A DNA stretch of 64,000 nucleotides from Veleropilina oligotropha (taxonomy: Eukaryota). The translations under genes and the position numbers were made by a program. Below are positions 1 to 12,925 of the stretch, piece after piece. A model generated the notes under the pieces. The model worked only from the letters and a program-made list of their open reading frames with translations, did not search any database and was not told the origin of the DNA. Where the stretch lies: NCBI GenBank assembly GCA_048128005.1, contig JBEUKZ010000084.1, positions 310,001-374,000 of the forward strand, written 5' to 3'. Numbering within the stretch: the stretch's first letter is position 1; the number at the start of each line of letters is the position of its first letter.

Positions 1-356
1 TGTGAAATTGCAATAAATATTCAAAAAATTTAATAACAATATTTACATACTCTATTTTACGATCAAGAATGATGGCACCTGAGTGAAAAGTGACTATTAC
101 CGAAGTTAGCACCACCTCATATAAGTCGTGAAAAACAACACAAAAATAAGATGGATATAGATATCGAGTAGTTAATTAATAGCATGACAAAATTTCTCAG
201 TACTCAGTGACACCTTGCAGAATATAATGTGAATTTGTTCATTTGTTCATGAAAAGTGTTTTTGCAATGCTGTTGTTTGTAATTTCGTAATTCAGATGAT
301 GCGTAATTGCCTCATCTCATTGCAGGCACTTGGTAATCAATTAATGGCAGTTCTGA

Positions 357-911
357 TTTTATGCCCCACCAATTTATTGGGGGGCATTTAGATTTACCCT
401 TGTCCGTCCGTCCCGTCCCAAAAACCAGTATTGTGTGCAAGTAACTCCATTCTGCTATAACTTCCATCTGCCTTCATGGATTGACTTGATACTTCATACA
501 CTTGCTTATCACCATTCATACTTCCCTGCTGCGACCCACCCATGTCGCCCCTATGCCCAAGGTCAAATGGCTTAGCTCTTTGGACCAGTATTTGCATGAG
601 AGTAACTCCATTCTGCCATAACTTCCATCTGCCTTCATGGATTGACTTGATACTTCATACACTTGCTTATCACCATTCATACTTCCCTTATGCGACTCAC
701 CCATGTCGCCCCTATACCCAAGATCAAATGATTTAGCTTTTCGGACCAGTATTTTCATGCAAGTAACTCTATTCTGAAATATATATATAACTTCATCATT
801 CATACTTCCCTTCTGCGACCCACCCATGCCAGTAATTGTCTGTAACTTGCTGCCCCTATGGTCAAGGCTGCCAGTGGGGGGCATTCGTGTCCGATGAACA
901 CATTTCTAGTT
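357..911 (+). mobile_element. Non-autonomous Helitron/Helentron-like (HINE/DINE-type) element with internal ~150-bp tandem unit
   Basis: Starts TTTTATGCCCCACC, has a GTCC microsatellite and an internal repeated unit, and ends in a hairpin (GTGTCCGATGAACAC) then ATTTCTAGTT. A shorter copy with the same ends is at 10533-10728. Confidence 0.6.
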
Positions 912-3343
912 AATATTTTCTTGAAACAGCTAATAAATCAGTGTTATCCTGGCGACCGTAATGCAGAATTACCTCCCTTCCACCAGCTGTTTGCTATTGA
1001 TAATTGTTTGTGCATCTGAAAAAATATTTAAATATATTTTGTCAAGTGATGATGATCCTTGTTGTGAAGTGATTTCACAAAAAGATAATCATTTGGCGCT
1101 ATAATTTTTTATTTATGCGTAATTATATGGATGTTTTTTGATGATCCAACCAAAACTTCTGCAGTATTTCCTATAAGCATGTTTATAGGAGATATAAACA
1201 GTTCAATAATCAAGGAATTAATGAATTTAGGTTAAAGTGTAAACACAATGTTTAGGATTATATAATAGTTAAAATATCCCGTTTATTCCAATCTTCTTTT
1301 TGTTGCCAAAACGTCCATATTATCGCGAGAGTATGGACAACTGTGCCATGTAGCAGATTCGAACCCACTCCTATTGGACATTCTTAAACTGGTTGAATGC
1401 ATTTGAAGTAGGGGAGAAAAATTTAGAAATCAATATACAGACATTTATAAGCAATATAGATTTTATATGTCAAAAAGAGTTAGTGGTTGAGTCCCCTACC
1501 ATGGCCGCTGCATTGTTTTAATATCCTCGATCTAATAAGTCAAGATGACATTTCTTAATTTTGGCTGCTGAAAATGATTGCATTCTCCACTTGATTTTAC
1601 GTTATTATGTTAGTAGTTTTCAGTGTCATTGTAATGGAATTGCCCAGCAATCTTTCAAATGAAACCTTTCATAGTACATTTTACAAGATATTGCAGATTT
1701 TCCTCTCCATATAGGTCACATGCAATTCACCATTGTGATTAAAGATCAGTTGCCATGTCGGTTCAGTGTACTAATATCAGATGATATCCATAATATATAA
1801 TAATCTATTACGTACTTAATTTTTATATATTCCAAAAAATCCATTGAGCAATCCATGTACTGTTCACTCCATGAAAACTTTTACCCAAAATGTTGATGGC
1901 TAATGCTGGTGTACAGAAACAATATGCCATTTCGGCTCGTACATAATTAAATAAATTGCATTTTCTATGAGTCTCAGAGTTATCCATTTGAAATTTGATG
2001 AAGAGTGAGAGAAATTTAAAAACAATGAGCTGGAACAAAAAATCCTCTCAAGATTTCAGCTGTTGTATGAACATAGTTTAAAATATTAATGCATACCGAT
2101 ACTTGAAATTGAAATTAATATTTATGAATGTATCAAATATCAAATGACCTTTTGATATGCTACAGAAACAATTTTCTAAAAATAAGATATTCAGTGATAA
2201 TAATTTTATATATGATGATACGCATTACCAGCAATATTTTCCAAGAGACCCGGGTAGTGATTGTACCAGATTCACTGGTCCACTCCCTGCATGTGATAAC
2301 CATCCCAGCATATGCCTTCCATAAGGTAGACCATGATTGCGACCCGATCTGTGCCGAGTTTCATTACTGTATATTCATCAAGGTAGACAACTGCTGCGTC
2401 CTGCTAATGTTGCCTTGGAGTTAAAGTGTGTTATGTTTTGTCAAACAATAGTAGCAATGCACGAAAGCAGTTCCAGATGACTTATTGTCACCGTTAAGTG
2501 GAGATATCCGGCCATGGTAACCATTGTGGCATGCTTATGAGACCAGGCTTCACACCCATATTGCATATTTTCAATGAATTGATACCCCTCTTAATCTTTA
2601 CCAAGATAGATATCTCGTTTTACAAAGACTCTATAATTAATAAAATATAAAATAAACATGATTATATATCTGTTTCACGCAGTTAGCATATTCCATCTGT
2701 TTTCGTGACTGATTTTCCTGTTATAATTGTCTGTGTTTGGATTAGATTGGTCTAGTTTGTCAGATGCCCACCAGATGTCAGTATGATCACATATGCTGAA
2801 AATGAAATAAACAGCAAATTTGTTGAGGCCAAAGTGTGTAGAGGTGAAAGAAAACAAGGTCACCAAGTTGCCTCATCAACGGCGATTATCTAAGGCAGCT
2901 GTCACGTTTCCTTCTTCCTCAACAAAATGCAGCTGGCTTGAAGACTCCGAGTACGAACATGATGTAACAGTATTAGTTTTATGTAATCTAGTATTGTGAC
3001 ATATGAACCTGCTTATAATTAGATTTATAGAATAAATATCAGAAGGTCATGTAGTTCTAATGCTATTTAACATTATGCAGTGAAGGCAATTTTCAAACAG
3101 ATTGTGTTGCCTGTGAGATTTGACATTTTCAAACAAAATGATCGTACATATCAAATGAGATAATGTAGCAAAACATTTTCTTTTTATTTAAAAAAAGAAC
3201 TCACGATGTCTTTTAGCAGACGACGTGCAGTTTAAAAAAGTTAAGTTCCAGTGTAATTTATCAGTTGTGGCATCATTTGCACCAATCATTTGTCACGGAT
3301 TTCCTGAAAATAAAATTATTAATTTAATTATCAAGTAAGATTA

Positions 3344-3474
3344 AACAAGCGCATCCGAGAGGAAGCATAGTTGAGCCGCATGTAAAGTCATCGTGGACAT
3401 ACACCACCACCACCACCACACAGACAGACAGCCTCAATACAATAGTTTCTCCGTTTACACGGCTCAACTAAAAA
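3344..3474 (-). mobile_element. ~120-bp dispersed HINE/MITE-like element (copy 1, minus strand)
   Basis: Reverse complement of the element at 6197-6317, 9802-9929 and 44809-44927; internal inverted pair AGTTGAGCC/GGCTCAACT and a GTCT microsatellite. Confidence 0.7.
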
Positions 3475-3861
3475 TCAACATCACCCAACTACATCCTTTG
3501 GCATCCAAAATGGCCTAGGGGATAAGCTTTCATCGGTGACAGAATGGATAAGGCCTCTTCAATAACAGAATTTGTAAGGTTTCTGTAGTGACAAAGGCGA
3601 TAAGAATCTGATATTCTCCATGACAATTGAAGGGGTTGCAAATATATCCTCAAAGCCTCAAGTTCCGCATGCTCACTCACAGTATTGCATCAAAGCGTCC
3701 ACTGTAAAATTGACCTATAATTTATATGTATCACAACATTTTATTTATTACCATTATGTATAATTTAGATGTTCTGTACAAATCCAAACAGGTATAGAGC
3801 CTAGAGTAAATTTTTTAAAGAAAATCTCAAATTAAGCTGTCATTTCTCCCACATTAAACTA

Positions 3862-4456
3862 GGGTCGTGTTCTCACCGAGTTACAACTTATCTATCGGTA
3901 GGTTCAAACTCTGTGTAAACACGCTAAATCGGGTAATCGGATTAAAATTTGAACCTCCAAAAATACACGGTTTAAAAGTTAAGCCGATTGATATAACTCG
4001 GTGTGAAATAACACTTGGTTGTCTTAAATCGACGCATGGTGGCGCTTCAAAACTTGCGAGAATTGTATTTGCCATTTTCTGAAATTATACCTAGTAACGC
4101 AAACAATGTGTAAACAAACAGTTTGCTTGCATGAATATCTGTTGTTTTACTAGACATAAGTGTCTGAAATTTATTCACTCTCAACACTGGTGCTGAATAT
4201 GCTATTTTAAAATTGATACAATTGATAAAATACACCAGAGGCTACTTTGCATAAAGTAATGTTACGTCACGGCAGCATTGGCATCTCTCGTGATCTGTCA
4301 CGTGAATGCAAGTGTCGCCACCTGTTATCTAATCCGTAACACTAACCGGCAAGTTGCCAACAATTTTCTGCTGGCCATTAGAACGTTTGGTGAGAACAAC
4401 TGCATCGGATTAAATTTTTACCGATTGATAAGTTCAAACTCGGTGAGAACAGGCCT
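3862..4456. mobile_element. MITE, PIF/Harbinger-like
   Basis: Imperfect terminal inverted repeats (TGTTCTCACCGAGTTACAACTTATCTATCGGTA vs TACCGATTGATAAGTTCAAACTCGGTGAGAACA); no coding capacity. Confidence 0.55.
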
Positions 4457-6196
4457 AAGCCTTCGAACGTGATTCTGACTATTTACTGGGACTATAGCTA
4501 GCATTTGAAAGGAAAATAGAATTTCCTGATGCAGCTATCGTTTTACCAGGATTTCCGGGTGCATGTGGTCTTTGTTGCTCCCCCTGCTTGTTCTATTAGC
4601 CGTCACTGCTGCATACACCTGCGAGCTCCTGTTATCCTGACGGCATCATTAACCCTGTCAGCAGACAGATACAAATGGCTGAACCTCTGTCAGCATGAGA
4701 TGCTGTAAGCTACTGAAATTAACAGGGGATTCTGAAACGATATGCAATCAGGGCAAGAATGATTCCACAGGTTTTACTTCATTGTCTCCTGGGATGCATC
4801 ATATATATTTAACCCTTGCTGCTCCTAAAGGGTGACTGTCTCGGTGGCCAAGTGGGTTAAGGCATTGCTGGCTATTAATCTTGGTGATATGACTTTCCTT
4901 CCATGGACCATTATAGTATGAACATCTCCTGGTGTGATCTTAAATATCATTAAAATTGAACATTATAACCACCAGTCCAACCCAATCTCCTATTTGGTCA
5001 CATAGGTTTCTATTCACTTCAACAATTCAGAGCTGAAATGTTCTTGACAGTAGCGCCTAGCCTTATATTATTTCCTCTTCATCACATCAACTGTACACTA
5101 ATGACATCATTTGATATATAACAGTTTTTGAACAATTTGTCAGTGTTCCTCTTATGTGAATATTATGTTATGTCTCTAGACAAGATTTATGATGTCTTCA
5201 CATGACAAACAGTCCACCAGGATATACATTTGTCATCATTAACACCTATTTTCTGGATGACATATTGTGTATGTATTTTCTCTGTGTTTTATGTTGCATT
5301 CTTAATAATATGAAATCAGTATGCAACGTAAGCTGGATATTCGATAATATGTGTCCACTTAATTGACATTTCCTCTACTGCTTCTAGGTGCTCTAGTTCT
5401 TTTGATTATGATGTATGTAATAATCTTTAACGACTATACCAGGAATTGTTATTTATATATTGTATTGAGATGTTACAATATTCAATGAAATTGCAAAATA
5501 TTTAAAATGCTGTAATTTAATGCCAGTATTACTAACATTCTTCAGTATGTTAGCCTATTGCAATTTCATTCAATATTCGAAAGAATATGACATCTTTATT
5601 AATATAATTGTGGATGATCAATGTAGCTGGATTTCCCCCATTTTGTGCCATTTCTTTTAATCCATCATTCAATCCTTTACTTCTAAAAATAAAGCAATTA
5701 TAGTATTGTGTTGCTTAGTAACAATATCAACAATAAGTAGCAGAACAAGACAAATATCGGTTCATCCCAGGTCAAGGAATGTATGTTTTCACAGGAAATG
5801 GTTGCTAGGCTAAATCAATCTTCACCTGGCATAGAGTGCAGTAGGCCAGATGGTCTCTGGCTGGCTATAGTGAGTCTGTGAGGTTCTATGGCACCAGCGC
5901 ACTGACTCCATGATATCGTCTATGTTTATTTGCAAATAATTCTCAGAAACGTGATAATGGAATATTTTGATATATTTTGACAGAAATCTAAAATTAACTT
6001 CTCACATTGAAATAATATTGTTGTTCAACATAATCATCCATTGTTGAAATTTGCAACATTGAATTAACACGAAATTACATAAAAATTATATAAAGAGCAA
6101 TTAATAGGTCTTAGTTCTTTTTATTTTCTGATTTACTTGATAGAATTTGAGAATAATGAATTTTTTATTATCATTTATGCAAATATTTATGAACTA

Positions 6197-6317
6197 ATTA
6201 GTTGAGCCATTTACGGAGAAACTATTGTATTGAGGCTGTCTATCTGTCTGTGTGGTGGTGTATGTCCACGATGACTTTACATGGCTCAACTATGCTTCCT
6301 CTCCGATGCGCTTGTTC
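6197..6317 (+). mobile_element. ~120-bp dispersed HINE/MITE-like element (copy 2)
   Basis: TTAGTTGAGCCATTTACGGAGAAACTATTGTATTGAGGCTGTC...GGCTCAACTATGCTTCCTCTCCGATGCGCTTGTT; matches the other three copies. Confidence 0.7.
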
Positions 6318-6970
6318 ATATATTGTTTAGAAACTATAATATTTTGATAATTAAGGAAGCATTTTACTACAACTTTACACTTAAAAATCTATGCTATTCC
6401 CTGATCTTTATCTATAATATGTATAGATAAAGTAGCGGTTTTGTATGTCTTTTGACTCCGCACTTAGCAGGTGGTGTATATTTAGACCATTGGCCACACT
6501 TAGCAGGTGGTGTATATATAGATCATTGGTCATAACCTCCAAGCCACAGGGTCAGGATGCATTTAATTCCTGTGTGGACTCCCGCTCTTTTATATCGTAT
6601 TCTGCGATATCATATATCCCTCATGTCCATTGATATTGGGGTATTAATAGGCAGTTATCTTGATACCTTGTGACTAAGGAAAATAATTTTACAAATATAC
6701 TTAATTCTCACATGACGATATATCAGTAAGGACTAAATGTCAGTAACTCTATCTATAAAAAATATTTGTACCTTCATTTATGAATTTTATGATAGGTTTC
6801 ATCCACAACTATTCAAATTTGTTTTATTAACATCAATAATTTAAAAAAAATGATTTTTCAAATTACATCTAGAAGTCTTGATCAGGCAGCCTGGAGAGCT
6901 CTTTTTCTGCTCGCTATATCTACCGTTTTGCAATCATAAATGCATATCATCTGTAATTTTTACTATGTAA

Positions 6971-8446
6971 TTATGTTTCCCCATTCGAAGGGGGAGAGAC
7001 ATATTGTTTTACACTGTGACTCTGTTCTCCTCCTTCCTCACTTTTCTTGTCCGGACTAGATCTCAGGTCCTATACTTGCCAGCATTATTTTCTTTTGTAA
7101 ATTAAACCGTCTAAGCATGCCATTGTGGTTTTCGGCAAAATTTCACGAAAACGACTTTTGACCGTGACGTAAGTAAGACCGTTGACCCCGAAATCGTGTC
7201 CGGCCTGGTTCTCGGAGACTTCAATCTTATCCTTCTAATTTCTTTGTAGATGCATGGCCCACACCCCAAGCATGTGCAGGGCGCTAAAATTTTGCACCTT
7301 TAACCTTGGCGCTGTGACCTTGATAAACAATTTCCATATTTGGGCAATTTTATATTTTATTGTTTTCATAATTTTTTCACCATATTTATTCCTGAGGGTG
7401 AGTACATTATATAACAATGTTCCATTTTGTTGTTCGGTCGAAGGTCAAGGTCACAGAGGTCAAAATGTACTTTCTCTAACACACACTTTATCCGGGCTAC
7501 ATCTCAGGTCCTATACAGGCCAGCATGATTTCCTTTGGTATGTTAAACTGCCCTATCTTGCCATTGTGCTTTTCGGCAGAATTTTGCGGAAGCGACCTTC
7601 CACCTTGACCTGATGACTGACCCCGAAATCGTGTCCGGCCTGGTTGTCGGTGATGTCAAATCTTATCCTTCTAATTTCTTTGAAGATGCATGGCCCACAC
7701 CTGAAGCATGTGCAGGGCGCTAAAATTTTGCACTTTTGACCTTGGCACTGTGACCTTCATAAAAAATTCCTTATTTGCGCATTTTTATATTTTATTGTTT
7801 TCTTAATTAATTTTCACCAACTTTCCCCCTGTGTGTGAGTACATTATATAACAATGTTCAGTTTTGTTGTTCGGTCAAAGGTCAAGGTCACAGAGGTCAA
7901 AATGTACTTTCCTGATTCAAATACGGTCAAATGTCAAGGTCACAGAGGTCAAAATGTACTTTCCTGATTCCATATTTGGGCATTTTTATATTTTATTGTA
8001 TCCTTAATTATTTTTCGCCAAATTTCTCCATGAGGGTGAGTACATATATAACAATGTTCAATTTTGTTGTTCAGCCAAAGGTCAAGGTCACAGAGGTCAA
8101 AAATGTACTTTTCTGATACACACCTTGTCCAGGCTAGATCTCAATGATATGCTATCTGCCCTTAATGTGCCATTGTGCAAGGTGTAATTTTCTGAAAATG
8201 ACCTTTGACCTTGCCATAATGACCTTTGGCCTACTAAAATTCTTGTCATCTTCATAGGTTCCCATGCCTTGAACGTGTAGGCTGTAAATATTCAGGACAT
8301 TTGCATAAATCCATCCATTTCATCAAATATATTTACACTCTTTCAGTTCATGACTTTCCAAACTTCATGAGGGTCTCAATATGGAGTGATTTCTCTTACA
8401 TTGGGAGACGTATGTTTTTGTTCACACAAAAACAACTCCTCAAGTT
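6971..8446 (+). mobile_element. Larger HINE/Helentron-like non-autonomous element with internal tandem repeats
   Basis: TTATGTTTCCCC...GGAGAGACATATTGTTTT start, repeated AAGGTCAAGGTCACAGAGGTCAAA units and a ~440-bp internal duplication; ends with GGAGACGTATGTTTTTG...hairpin...AAGTT. Confidence 0.5.
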
Positions 8447-8739
8447 AATTATATAAATCAATTAAGCAATTTTTCATTTAACTTCTCTTTTGAACAACCA
8501 TTTTTAACCCCAACCTATAAAAAGGCTGGGGTTATTCTTTTAATTTCTGTGATAAATATCCATGTTTATTTCAAGATACGGTATAGTATATGATTATTAA
8601 AGATTATTGGCGTAGCAATGCGTACTGGTCATGTATAACATGTTCATTATTTGGTTTGTGCAAATAATCAAACTGTATAAATCTTCGTGAATACGGTCGT
8701 TGAATCTAATATTATCTATCATCATGTCGTCGTGGCTCA

Positions 8740-8835
8740 GTGGGTTGTTCACGGGACTCTGGTTGTGATAGCGCTGTGAGCGTGCGTACCTGGGCGGATA
8801 CGGCGCAATATAAATGTCCATTATTATTATTATTA
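8740..8835 (+). mobile_element. 3' tail of an L2/CR1-group LINE or partner SINE
   Basis: AGCGCTGTGAGC...GGCGCAATATAAAT...(ATT)n tail; same architecture as the LINE end at 41815-41885. Confidence 0.4.
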
Positions 8836-8881
8836 ATTTCATTTTAAATATGAGTTAATAATGTACTATTTCTCATTTCAG

Positions 8882-9023
8882 ATCAGAAAATAAGACTTTC
8901 GTTGATCGACCATTAGTCGCAAAAATTAATTTTAACGAACTTATGATTCATTTCAACAAAGTTCAGGCAAAGCATAGAGAATTTCATCACCACCATCACA
9001 CCCGGGGACATATACAATTCTGA
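8882..9023 (+). CDS. VAC14: Terminal coding exon of VAC14 (PIKfyve complex scaffold)-like gene
   Basis: Acceptor TTTCTCATTTCAG ends at 8881. Translation SENKTFVDRPLVAKINFNELMIHFNKVQAKHREFHHHHHTRGHIQF* resembles the recalled VAC14 C-terminus (human [24 protein letters not shown]). Upstream exons were not found in the window. Confidence 0.75.
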
Positions 9024-9801
9024 TGACAGTTCTGATGACCTAGGATTATATTAGTACGTCTTCAATGCTCCACATCTTCATCAACTTGGTTTAATCACCA
9101 GGTGAACCTCGGCAAGATGCTTTCCCTTCTTAAGACACCTATTCGGCACAAATCATCATCATATATGTTAACAATAACGATTGTGAGTGTGTATGGTTCT
9201 CATGGTATTATCTAAATATACATAACGTGTATCGCAAACCCTGTTTGTACCTCCGGCCAATCACATTAGTCAAAACAGTTGTCAAAACTTGCCTGATCGG
9301 ATTTAGGGGTTATGCTGGAGGTATTGACTGCGATATGACTCAACTATTGAGAAAAATGGTTATAAAACATGGAATCATTAAAGGCAACCCAGTATGTGCG
9401 TCTTTTTTTGTATCATGTGTGTGATATTATAAACCATGCTCAAAAGCTCTACAGGTTATGACATCGATAATGCATTAACTGTGGTGGTAGAGCATGGCTC
9501 CAGACTCATGGCTTATTCTATCATTAAAATTAGATAATAGATAAATTAAAAATGCTACAGATCTTACAAACAGATGATAAACAGAGATTCTGGCTACAAT
9601 ATAAAATTGTTAAACGCGGATGTAAATTTGGCTTATGAAATACTGGGCTTATGGTAGAACAGGATCCTTGTCTCAATTTCTGCTTCTGTAAATTATAATT
9701 AATGGTTGTGTCATCTTTTGCAATATTAATACAGGTGAAGTATTGTATAACAAACTGAAAGATAACCAAAGTGTGTAATGTAACTTAACCCTGGACTTTT
9801 A

Positions 9802-9929
9802 TTAGTTGAGCCATTAACGGAGAAACTATTGTATTGAAGCTGTCTGTGTGTCTGTCTGTCTGTTTGGTGGTGTATGTCCACGATGACTTTATTATGGCTC
9901 AACTATGCTTCCTCTAGGATGCGCTTGTT
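9802..9929 (+). mobile_element. ~120-bp dispersed HINE/MITE-like element (copy 3)
   Basis: Same sequence as 6197-6317 with a longer GTCT tract. Confidence 0.7.
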
Positions 9930-10532
9930 ATACATGTAGTTCTCAATAACATTTTTATCTGATTTTTTATGCTAACAAGTTACCATTTCAGCATTTCATC
10001 ATGTAAACAACACATACCATCCAAAACAAAAACACTGGCAATCATTATTGGTGTCCGATGTGGTTACATGTCGTACAACAACGCGCCCACATTATCCGGA
10101 TCTATCTTTGGTATTTGTTTGTGTAAGTGAATCCTATAAGCCAGCTAATCGTATCAACACCAGTGAATTACATGTACCAGCTCAGGTGATTATATAACGC
10201 GTTAATAACAGCAAACTTTGAAAGTAATAATAGCTTACTGAAGACAGACATATCCTGGCGCTGATTACCTGAAACGTATTGGTCCTACTCATATTGGTCA
10301 TCAGCATATGTAACTAGTTCCTGGATAAAGGCAATGTTGTTAATATACCGATCTCTGATTCTCGTTGGTTCTGTGTTCATGTATTAGGTGTCAGACTGCA
10401 GACACTCTTTTATGAATTGCTAGACAAATGCTAACAGCACATCGTGAAGCTTGACAGATCTGTTAAAAATTGCCAGACATCATAAATTACCCTCTACAAT
10501 GTGCATCTGAATTGATTGCAGATCAATAATTA

Positions 10533-10728
10533 TTATGCCACCACCAATTTATTGGGGTGGCATTTAGATTTACTCTTGTCCGTCCCGTCCCGTCCCGTCC
10601 CGTCCCGTCCGTCCCGAAACCAGTATTTGCGTGTAAGCAACTCCAATCTGCTATAACTTCTATTTGCCTTCATGGATTGACAAGGCTGCCAGTGGGGGCA
10701 TTCGTGTCCGATGGACACATTTCTAGTT
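10533..10728 (+). mobile_element. Short copy of the Helitron/HINE-like element at 357-911
   Basis: Same 5' end, (GTCCC)n microsatellite, 3' hairpin GTGTCCGATGGACAC followed by ATTTCTAGTT. Confidence 0.6.
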
Positions 10729-11065
10729 TCTTATAATATAATGCCCAAAAAATCGGTCAAAATTTGTTCTCGATAAAATATATTCTCTATCAACCATGCA
10801 TATCTTATGGAACTGTGTTGTGATTATTAATGATGCATTGTAACAGTGTTGCTCCAAGAAGGAGGTTGCTGCAAAATTTGTCACTAATTTTCACATCTGT
10901 GTTCATTGTGGTGGAAATATTTTGGGGTCAATGAGCCATCAATAATATTTACACCTTCATAATATCCAACTCACGGATTGGGCTGTGTCAAGAGTTTGGA
11001 TACGACCCTACATAGGCATGACTGACTACTGCCACTGGTAACATTTGTTCTTTTACATTTGAATA

Positions 11066-11727
11066 ATAAACAAAGAAAAAGATTTGGGTGTATGGGTAGA
11101 CAAGACATTTAAACCATCAAATCAATGTGCAGAGTCAGCTAAAAAGGGAAATCAAATATTGGGAATGATAAAAAGAAATTTTAATTTTAAATCTAAAGCC
11201 ATCATAACTCGCCTATACAAGCAAATGGTTAGACCGCATTTAGAATATGCAGTGCAATATAATAGAACAAGTTCAAAGAAGAGCCACAAAATTGATAGGA
11301 GAATTGAGAGAATTACTATATGAGGAGAGACTAAGAGCTCTGAACCTCACAACATTATCTTTGAGAAGGATAAGAGGTGATATGATTCAGGTGTTTAAAA
11401 TGTTTACAGGAAAAGTCAACGTTGACAATAGTTTCTTTTTTCAGATGAACCAAAGGCATACCCGGGGGCATCAATACAAGATTTACAAAAAACGATTCCG
11501 ACTAGACGTTAGAAAACACTTTTTCTCAAATCGGGTTGTCGATGAATGGAATGCTCTTCCTAATAATGTAGTGGAATCGACATCTGTAAACCAATTTAAA
11601 AATCGCCTAGATGAGCATTTTAAGAAGAAGGGCAGGTTATAGAGGACAAGACAACTCAATGGGTTTTTATATGAGTGGCAGTAATGCGCTTTCTAAATCC
11701 AAACAAATTCTATTTAATTCTATTTAA
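11066..11727 (+). pseudogene. 5'-truncated CR1-type LINE ORF2 C-terminal fragment
   Basis: EKDLGV...NQILGMIKRNF...LYKQMVRPHLEYAV / IEQVQRRATKLI...YEERL...RRIRGDMIQVFK...TRGH...RKHFFSNRVVDEWNALP motifs, split by a frameshift; ATTCTATTTA tandem tail. Confidence 0.85.
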
Positions 11728-12696
11728 TTATAATGATGCCATTATATTTTTCATAGAAAGTCCAAAAAAAATATATATTTTGACGGAATATGGATCGAAT
11801 ATTTAGGAGAAAATATTGACTTTTACATCTTAATTCCAACCGGTCGCTCCGACAGTCATGTGGTTTTGGTTGGAGACTCTGAAATCACTGACTTGATTCC
11901 GCCAACACAAATCTCAAATCCTGGTTGTGACATTGGCATTATTTGTTCAGTTATGAATCACAGTTGTTTCCCTTGGCGACCAGACGTGCCTACTGCGATT
12001 TTATGGTGGTAAATATGCAGGACATTAAGCATCGTTCTAATCCCAGTTCTAGCCCAAAGATATGTTAGTTTATTTATAGTCATAAAGATTTCCATCCCTG
12101 ACTGAAGGCAACATCACTGATTTTAACTGCTCATTCCTCAATAGGACATTTACGATGCTAGCTGTTTAGCATATTTTAATGGAGAACTGTTTCTGTCAAT
12201 AACTGAGTATCAGATATAAATTATCATCTCTCATGTATTTGTACACGTTCTTGTGTAATGTTATTGATATGTATTTCATTTTTGTTATTAATAATTTAAT
12301 GGTTCTTTTACGTTCAAGAATTGATAGGGCATAATTTATTATTATTGAATGTGAGGCATCCAGTACCACTGCATGATTGACAGTGAGTATCGATCAAAGT
12401 GTGTTTCATTTGTGATTATGACAGGTTAGTAATCACCAATAAAAGTTAAATCAAATATTTCTGATCATGTGTTTGTGAAATTGGAAATAATTGTTTATCT
12501 GTTGTACATTCATATAATGCTTTCATCATTACGTTATGCAATTTCAGTATAGACAAATCGTAAATGGTTTGCATAGCATAATTAGCGGGTAAAAGCAGTC
12601 TTGGCCAACCACAACAAAGTGCTGATAACTGTAACCATATAAATGTAAATAAATATTAACTGATTGCCAAAGTCCTTTGCATCACATCTTGAAAAT

Positions 12697-12925
12697 ACAT
12701 ATGCTGTTAGACTTATCAGCATTTCAGGGACATATGCTGTTAGAGTTATCAGCGTTTTGGGGACATAATTATGCTGTTAGTTATCAGCGTTTCGGGGACA
12801 TATGCTTCTATTATTATCAGCGTTTTGGGGACATATGCTTGTATAATTATCAGCGTTTCAGGGACATATGCTGTTAGAGTTATCAAAGTTTTGGGAAGAT
12901 ATGCTGTGAGGGTTATCGATGTTTT
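12697..12925. repeat. Minisatellite, ~26-28-bp unit
   Basis: About 8 units of consensus ACATATGCTGTTAGAGTTATCAGCGTTTTGGGG-like sequence. Confidence 0.8.

Noticed and set aside
7608..7632. Hammerhead-like CTGATGA...GAAA
   Set aside because: The intervening CTGACCCC cannot form stem II, and the paralogous repeat near 7180 lacks the motif.
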